The notes under the pieces: generated by a model
Seen by the model: only the letters and a program-made list of their open reading frames with translations
Database searches by the model: none
Told to the model about the DNA's origin: nothing
Translations under genes and position numbers: made by a program
Part shown: one piece after another, positions 58,519 through 64,000 of the stretch
How positions within the stretch are numbered: position 1 is the first letter of the stretch
Layout of the letters: every line of letters starts with the position of its first letter
Source: Endomicrobiia bacterium
GTDB taxonomy: Bacteria; Elusimicrobiota; Endomicrobiia; DTEH01
Reading direction: 5' to 3'
NCBI GenBank assembly: GCA_039630545.1
Contig: JBCNUU010000001.1
Coordinates: forward strand, 60,052 to 124,051
Length of the DNA stretch: 64,000 nucleotides

Positions 58519-60209
58519 AAATTCTTTTTGTTATATTTTTATCTTTTCTTGTTTATTTAAACACATTAAAAAATGATTTTGTTTGGGATGATACATCAAT
58601 TATTGTAAATAACAAATGGATTAGAACTCCCTCAAATTTTTTTAAATTTTTTATATTGAAAGAAACTATTTCCGAAGATACAAGAACAAAGCCATACATA
58701 TATAGACCACTTGTAACCTTTAGTTATTCTTTAGATTATTCAGTCTGGAGACTTTCTTCGTTTGGTTATCATTTAAGCAATATAATTTTTCATACAGTTA
58801 CGGTTATATTTTTATACATACTTACAGATTTGATTTTAAATAACAAAAAAATTTCTTTATTTAGTAGTGTAATTTTTGCAGTGCATCCTGTGCATACAGA
58901 GGCAGTAAGCTGGATAAAAGGCAGAGCTGATATTTTGGCTTGTATGTTTTGTATGTTATCTTTTATATTCTACATATTGTATTTCATTAGAAATGAAAGA
59001 TTTATTTATTACTTTTTGTCCTTATTGTTCTTTATTTTTGGATTATTTTCAAAAGAATCAGCAGTTGCTTTAGTTGGTATTATAATTGCATATGATATAA
59101 TTTTTAAAAAGAAATTTCTCTTTAAGAGTTATATTTTGTTTATAATAGTTTTATTTCTTTACATTATTTTAAGAAAAAGTGTATTAGGAAGCAATCTACC
59201 TTATAGATGGTGGGCAGGAAGTCAGTATTATACTTTTTTAACTGCTATGAAAGTTCTAGTTGAGTATTTCAGGTTGTTGGTTTTTCCTATAAATTTATGT
59301 GCTGATTATGTCGTTGAGATTTCGTTTAATGTATTTGACTTAAAAGTAATTTTTTCAATTCTATTTTTAATTTTTTTAATTACTATTTCATTTATTTCTA
59401 TTAAAAGATTTTCAATTTTTTCTTTTTGCATTTTTTTTATCTTGATTTCATTACTACCAGTTGCAAATATTATTTTCCCGATTGAAGTATTACTGGCAGA
59501 AAGATTTTTATATATGCCTTCTGTTGGCATGTGTTTATTTTTTGGCTGGTTAGTGTATAGAATTTTAACAAGAAACAAAACATTGGGATATATAGTTTTT
59601 GTTTTAATTGTGCTTCCTTATTCAATTTTAACCTGTAATCGCAACAAAGACTGGAAAGATGAATTTAACCTGTGGTCTAAGACAGCAAAACAATTTCCTG
59701 ATAACTTTAGAGCACACAACAACTTAGGTATGGAGTATGAAAAATCAGGAAATTTAGAAAAAGCTCTTTACCACTACAAAATAGCATCAAACCTCACACC
59801 TAATCTGTCATGGTTACACAATGATAAGAACCAGACATATGCAAGAGTATATAATAATATTGGAAATGTTTATTTCAAACAAAAAAATTTTAACACAGCA
59901 ATTGAATATTATAAAAAAGCTATTGATTTAGATCCTTTATATTCTTCACCTTACTTTAACTTAGGCTTATTATATAGAAATAAAGGTTTACTGGATTTAG
60001 CTATCTATTACTACAAAAAAGCAATAGAACTTAATCCGTATGTTGCAGACTACTATAACAATCTTGGAGTGGTGTATGCATTAAAGGATGATTTTAAAGA
60101 AGCTATTATTCAATATGAAAAAGCAGTGGAGTTGTCTTCAGATGAAGATTTTAAAAAACAAGTGCTTAAAAATATAGAGATAGCAAAAAATTTTTTGAGG
60201 AGAAAATGA
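58515..60209 (+). CDS. TMTC-like GT-C glycosyltransferase (PMT_2/DUF1736-like membrane domain) with C-terminal TPR repeats
   Basis: GTG start overlapping upstream stop (GGTGA); ~10 TM; DD motif in first loop (FVWDDTSIIVNN); 5 C-terminal TPR units (AHNNLGMEYEKSGNLEKALYHYKIA..., YNNIGNVYFKQKNFNTAIEYYKKAIDLDP...). Confidence 0.6.
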   Translation: MKILFVIFLSFLVYLNTLKNDFVWDDTSIIVNNKWIRTPSNFFKFFILKETISEDTRTKPYIYRPLVTFSYSLDYSVWRLSSFGYHLSNIIFHTVTVIFLYILTDLILNNKKISLFSSVIFAVHPVHTEAVSWIKGRADILACMFCMLSFIFYILYFIRNERFIYYFLSLLFFIFGLFSKESAVALVGIIIAYDIIFKKKFLFKSYILFIIVLFLYIILRKSVLGSNLPYRWWAGSQYYTFLTAMKVLVEYFRLLVFPINLCADYVVEISFNVFDLKVIFSILFLIFLITISFISIKRFSIFSFCIFFILISLLPVANIIFPIEVLLAERFLYMPSVGMCLFFGWLVYRILTRNKTLGYIVFVLIVLPYSILTCNRNKDWKDEFNLWSKTAKQFPDNFRAHNNLGMEYEKSGNLEKALYHYKIASNLTPNLSWLHNDKNQTYARVYNNIGNVYFKQKNFNTAIEYYKKAIDLDPLYSSPYFNLGLLYRNKGLLDLAIYYYKKAIELNPYVADYYNNLGVVYALKDDFKEAIIQYEKAVELSSDEDFKKQVLKNIEIAKNFLRRK

Positions 60210-62179
60210 GAGGTTTTTTAATAAGTTTTATTTTTTATACAAATGTATGTTTTTGTTTACCTACTATTAATACAGTGCTGCCTGAAAAAAACAGAGTAGG
60301 TAAATATGAAAAATTTGAATTAGTGGTTGAAATTTCGGCAACATACACAAATCCATATGATCCTCACCAAGTAGACCTATCGTGTGTGTTTTTTTCTCCA
60401 AGTAATAAAGAATGGAGAATATTTGGTTTTTATGACGGGACAAAGTGGAAAATAAGATTTACTCCAAATGAAACTGGAGTTTGGAGCTACAGAGTTTTTT
60501 TAAAAGATCAAACAGGACAAACTGAATCTAATCTTTTAAGCTTTGAATGCATGGAGTCTGATTCCCATGGTTGGATTAAAGTAGCACCTAACAAAAGATA
60601 TCTAATGTATGACGATAATACTCCGTTTTATGGAGTTGGATTTTGTAGAGCGTGGAATTCTCTAAGTGTCCCGTTTGAAACATTAAAAGAGTTTGGAGTT
60701 AACATGATATTAATCTGGGTTGGTCCTCCATGGGTTGGGATGATTGAAAATACTTCAAAAGGTATTGGTATTTATGATCAACAGATATGTTATACAATAG
60801 AAAACTATATTCAGCAAGCAGAAAAAAATAATATCCATATAATACTCTGTTTGTGGCCTCACGATGCTTTAAGAATTCCAGGACAGCCATGGCCATCAGG
60901 AAACTGGGCGAAAAATGCCTACAGTCTTATTACAACTCCAGAAGGTTTTTATTCAGATACATCTACAGTATGGGATTATCAACAAAAACTTTATAGATAC
61001 ATTATTGCCAGATGGGGATATAGCACATCTTTAGCTATATGGAATATAATAGTGGAGATCAATGGAACCACAGGCTACTCTATAAATCCTTCTGCTGCTG
61101 AAGAATGGTGTAAAAGAGTGCATAATTTTTTCAAACAAAACGATCCTTACAAAAAACCTACATGTGGTTCTAAATCAGGCGATCAGTTTTGGAATAACGG
61201 ATACAATATTTTTGATATTGCAGAGATTCATACATATAAGGATAAAAATAATGCTTCAGAAGTAGCAGATACTATTATAACCTATACAAGACAAATGTGG
61301 GCAGGTTTTTTAAAACCAAACTTCGTTGGAGAATTTGGGACAGATGATCAAAATTTACAGCCATTTCATTTACACAATGCTATCTGGGCAGGTTTGTCTG
61401 CAGGAGCAGCTATAACTCCGTTAGATTGGAATGACGGTGGTAGTTGGGGAGATATTACTGATGATATGCTTCAACATATGAAAATTTTTTCAAACTTTAT
61501 AAAAGAAATTGATTTTGTGAATGATGATTTTATACCTGCTAATGTTTCTGTTGTTCCTTCTGGTGAGGTTTTTGGAATGAAAGGGAATAAGTGTTGTTTT
61601 GGCTGGATAAGGAAAACAGATGACACTATTGAGAGAGTATTAACCATTTCAGGAATGACAGATGGCGTATATGAAATGAAGTTTTATGATACATATACAG
61701 GAGATTTTTTTTATATTACTTTAGCAACTTCAACTTATGGATTTTTATCAACAAAAATCCCAGCTATTTCTAAAACTGATTTTGCTTTTAAAGGGTATCT
61801 TAAATTTTCTAATAATCAATCTTCGGGTAACAAAGAATTCACCGTGGAAGGAGAATTACTTAAAATTTTACCATTAGAGAAAAATCCTGTAAAATTTTAT
61901 AAAGATAAAGAAGTAAAAATAAGATTTCTTGTTAATATTCAGATTCCTTCTAAAGTGAAAGTTACTATTTATGATATAAACATGAATTTAGTCAAAATTC
62001 TTACAAGTTCTTCGGATGGTTGGTTAAAAGTTTTTTCTCCATATCAGGAATTTACATGGGATTTAAAAGACGAAAATGGTAGAGAAGTTGACGGTGGTCT
62101 TTATATTTACAAAATAGAAGCAATAAATGATTATAAAGTTAAAAGTAGTAAATTAAATAAAATTATGGTAATAAAATAA
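60206..62179 (+). CDS. secreted DUF5060 + DUF4038 (GH5-like) glycoside-hydrolase-like protein with T9SS-type C-terminal sorting domain
   Basis: ATGA overlap with upstream gene; signal peptide; N-terminal DUF5060-like segment (VGKYEKFELVVEISATYTNPYDPHQVDLSCVF), TIM-barrel-like central region ending FVGEFGTDDQ; C-terminal ~100 aa matches same CTD pattern as 56308 protein (VKVTIYDINMNLVKIL...EVDGGLYIYKIEA...KIMVIK). Confidence 0.6.
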   Translation: MRGFLISFIFYTNVCFCLPTINTVLPEKNRVGKYEKFELVVEISATYTNPYDPHQVDLSCVFFSPSNKEWRIFGFYDGTKWKIRFTPNETGVWSYRVFLKDQTGQTESNLLSFECMESDSHGWIKVAPNKRYLMYDDNTPFYGVGFCRAWNSLSVPFETLKEFGVNMILIWVGPPWVGMIENTSKGIGIYDQQICYTIENYIQQAEKNNIHIILCLWPHDALRIPGQPWPSGNWAKNAYSLITTPEGFYSDTSTVWDYQQKLYRYIIARWGYSTSLAIWNIIVEINGTTGYSINPSAAEEWCKRVHNFFKQNDPYKKPTCGSKSGDQFWNNGYNIFDIAEIHTYKDKNNASEVADTIITYTRQMWAGFLKPNFVGEFGTDDQNLQPFHLHNAIWAGLSAGAAITPLDWNDGGSWGDITDDMLQHMKIFSNFIKEIDFVNDDFIPANVSVVPSGEVFGMKGNKCCFGWIRKTDDTIERVLTISGMTDGVYEMKFYDTYTGDFFYITLATSTYGFLSTKIPAISKTDFAFKGYLKFSNNQSSGNKEFTVEGELLKILPLEKNPVKFYKDKEVKIRFLVNIQIPSKVKVTIYDINMNLVKILTSSSDGWLKVFSPYQEFTWDLKDENGREVDGGLYIYKIEAINDYKVKSSKLNKIMVIK

Positions 62180-62197
62180 GCTAAAAAGGAGGATGTT

Positions 62198-64000
62198 ATG
62201 AAAAGTAAAATATTAGTTTTTATAAATACAGTTTTATTTGCTTTTTTTTGTTCTGGTTATTCTAAAGATTGGTATGTGCTGGAAGATTTTGAAGGTGTAA
62301 ACTACTGGTCAATAGTAAGCTGGAAAACAGCTACTAAAGCTGTAAGTATTTCAAAAGAAATTTTCTCTGAAGGAGAAAAGGCACTTAAAGTTGATTTTGA
62401 AAATTCCGATTGGTCTGAAAAAGCACAGGTTATGATAGAGCAGTTTTTTGATTTCTCAGGAGTAGAAAAAATTTCCATGGATATTTATAATCCAAATAAA
62501 GAAACACTTCTTACTACAATGGCTTTATGTACCGGTGATAAATGGGAGTGGTATGAATCACCTGAACAAAGGTTAGTTTCTGGATGGAATAAAGAAGTCA
62601 CTTTTAATTTGCGTTCTCCTAACTGGAAAGCAGAAAGAAGCGGATGGAGAAACATAATTAAAGTTGAGAACCTCAAAGATGTAAGAAGAATTACTTTAAC
62701 TTTTGTTGGTGGAAGAGGTCCTGTATATATAGATAATATTAAAGTTTATGGGGAAAAGAAAATTGATAAAATTTCACCCACAATAAAACAGATAGGTGAT
62801 AAGATATTGTTTGAATCGTTTGAAGAAGATAAGACACAATGGAGTATAGCAGGATGGCGCACTCAAGCAGTGGAAGTAAAATTTAACGAAAAATGGGCTA
62901 CCGATGGTAAAAAAAGTTTAGAACTTATTTTTGAAGATGTTACTGACTCTAACAAAGCATCCTACTGTATAGAGGGAGACTTCAATTGGGAGAAAGTCAA
63001 CAGATTTTATATAGATGTGTTTAATCCTCTTAAAAAAAACATAAAAATAAACTTAGCTCTTTCCACAGGTGGTGGTTGGATATGGTATGAATCTCCTGAC
63101 AAAGTGTTAACTCCAGGAGAAAATAAAGATATAGAATTTGACCTCAATGCGAAAAATTTTAAATGTGAAGCAACAAATTGGACTTACTCAAGTTATGTAA
63201 AACATAAGGAGAAAGTAAAAAGAATAGCAATACAGGTTATCGCGCCTCAGGGAGAGACACTTAGTGGCTCAGTAAGTATTGACAACTTAAGAATCACAGA
63301 AGGAGAACCTTTAGTGATACCTGTAGAAATAAAACCACCTAAATATCCTGAGGTAGTAAATCCTTCCAGATACAGTATACCCAAAATCAAATCGATTACT
63401 TCAAATTTAGAAATGGTGGGTCAATATGAAAAGTTTGAACTTACATTAGAAATTGATTCTTATTTTGAAAATCCATATAATCCTAATGAAGTGCTATTAA
63501 CTGGGATTTTTATTTCTCCGGATGGAAAAACATATAGAGTTCCTGGATTTTATTACGAAGATTTTAGAGAAGAAACTGGTCTTTTAAAACCAACTGGTAA
63601 GAAGTACTGGAAGATTCGTTTTTCACCGAATAAAATTGGTAGCTGGGACTATTATGTGGAATTTAAAAATCCAGCAGGAAAAATTGAAAGTAAAAGACAA
63701 AGTTTTGAGTGCGTAAGTTCAAGAAATAAAGGAATAATCGTAGTTTCTGAAAGTAAAAATTACTTTAAATTTATCACTGGAGGAACATATTTCCCTTTAG
63801 GACAGAATGTTTGCTGGGTGACAGCTTCTGATAATTGGAAATACTCTGATTATTTGAGAAAACTTTCGGAAACAGGCCAGAACTGGACTAGACTATGGAA
63901 CTGTCCGTGGGGTTTTATAATAGAATGGGGAGAACCAAGAGGACAGGGGCTTGGAAGATATAATCAAAAAGATAGTTTTGAGTTTGACAGAATAATAGAA
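62198..64000 (+). CDS. lipoprotein with two N-terminal copies of the shared beta-sandwich-like module followed by DUF5060/DUF4038-like domain; 3'-truncated by window edge
   Basis: AGGAGG RBS, ATG 62198, lipobox FFCSG, open frame to 64000; modules at ~62267-62753 and ~62798-63308 share W..S.WRNI and G..YIDN motifs with C-termini of 51899/53339 proteins; DUF5060-like MVGQYEKFELTLEIDSYFENPYNPNEV from ~63380. Confidence 0.55.
   Translation, partial: MKSKILVFINTVLFAFFCSGYSKDWYVLEDFEGVNYWSIVSWKTATKAVSISKEIFSEGEKALKVDFENSDWSEKAQVMIEQFFDFSGVEKISMDIYNPNKETLLTTMALCTGDKWEWYESPEQRLVSGWNKEVTFNLRSPNWKAERSGWRNIIKVENLKDVRRITLTFVGGRGPVYIDNIKVYGEKKIDKISPTIKQIGDKILFESFEEDKTQWSIAGWRTQAVEVKFNEKWATDGKKSLELIFEDVTDSNKASYCIEGDFNWEKVNRFYIDVFNPLKKNIKINLALSTGGGWIWYESPDKVLTPGENKDIEFDLNAKNFKCEATNWTYSSYVKHKEKVKRIAIQVIAPQGETLSGSVSIDNLRITEGEPLVIPVEIKPPKYPEVVNPSRYSIPKIKSITSNLEMVGQYEKFELTLEIDSYFENPYNPNEVLLTGIFISPDGKTYRVPGFYYEDFREETGLLKPTGKKYWKIRFSPNKIGSWDYYVEFKNPAGKIESKRQSFECVSSRNKGIIVVSESKNYFKFITGGTYFPLGQNVCWVTASDNWKYSDYLRKLSETGQNWTRLWNCPWGFIIEWGEPRGQGLGRYNQKDSFEFDRIIE

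Noticed and set aside
1-64000. CRISPR arrays, tRNA/rRNA genes, transposases/IS elements, integrases, prophage genes
   Set aside because: No short regularly spaced direct repeats; intergenic regions are too short and lack tRNA-like cloverleaf strings; no ORF with DDE/tyrosine-recombinase motifs. The only non-coding stretch of size (41760-42537) is a decayed methyltransferase, not an IS.

Overview
This window is a very AT-rich, densely coded stretch of a chromosome from a diderm bacterium: nearly all ORFs are long, many junctions overlap (ATGA or GTGA), and there is almost no intergenic DNA. I could support about 60 features.

Positions 1-11.6 kb, in order:
- The 3' part of rpe, truncated at the window edge.
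- A coiled-coil C4 zinc-ribbon protein.
- An RNase P RNA gene (rnpB) recognisable by the GGAAAGUCC P4 motif and P1/P3 pairing. Its 5' end overlaps the last ~14 codons of the zinc-ribbon ORF.
- A complete type IV pilus pilM-N-O-P-Q operon starting 18 nt after rnpB.
- An O-antigen-ligase-like protein with TPR repeats, a GT2 glycosyltransferase, a ROK glucokinase and an LptD/OstA-like outer-membrane protein.

Positions 11.6-24.3 kb, in order:
- A GldA/GldF/GldG-like ABC operon followed by a DUF4340 protein.
- leuA/cimA and an archaeal-type leuC and leuD. The leuC/leuD pair is split by an inserted rluA on the opposite strand plus a hypothetical ORF.
- A tandem SpoVG-like protein and mfd.

Positions 24.3-29.9 kb are one minus-strand operon of eight tightly packed genes: rex, a PAC2-like protein, a UPF0016 membrane protein, parA, parB, a secreted protein, a rhomboid protease and an Mth938-like protein.

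Positions 30-39 kb, in order:
- An OMP/HNH endonuclease pair, an SPFH protein and a GatZ-like TIM-barrel protein.
- A DUF2905 protein and a SpoIID-like protein.
- queA-HD-tgt.
- A HEAT-repeat protein.

Positions 39-51 kb are a polysaccharide (O-antigen-like) cluster:
- hldE kinase, wzm/wzt, several glycosyltransferases, two O-antigen-ligase-like proteins and manC.
- A decayed methyltransferase pseudogene.
- cstA follows.

The most interesting region is 51.9-64 kb, which has higher GC than the background. It encodes:
- Two paralogous lipoproteins made of 2 or 6 tandem ~75-aa divergent InlB-type B-repeats plus a shared ~190-aa beta-sandwich-like module. Their Gly/Ser linkers are encoded by GGT/GGC microsatellites.
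- An operon linked by translational coupling: a PorV/PorQ-like outer-membrane beta-barrel, then a GH5 hydrolase with 4 B-repeats and a T9SS-type C-terminal sorting domain (CTD), then a TMTC-like GT-C glycosyltransferase with TPR repeats (DUF1736 type), then a DUF5060/DUF4038 hydrolase-like protein with the same CTD.
- A further lipoprotein, truncated at the window end, with two copies of the shared module and another DUF5060 domain.

I read this as a candidate surface cargo and glycosylation island associated with type IX secretion. No tRNA, rRNA, CRISPR array, transposase or prophage gene was seen.
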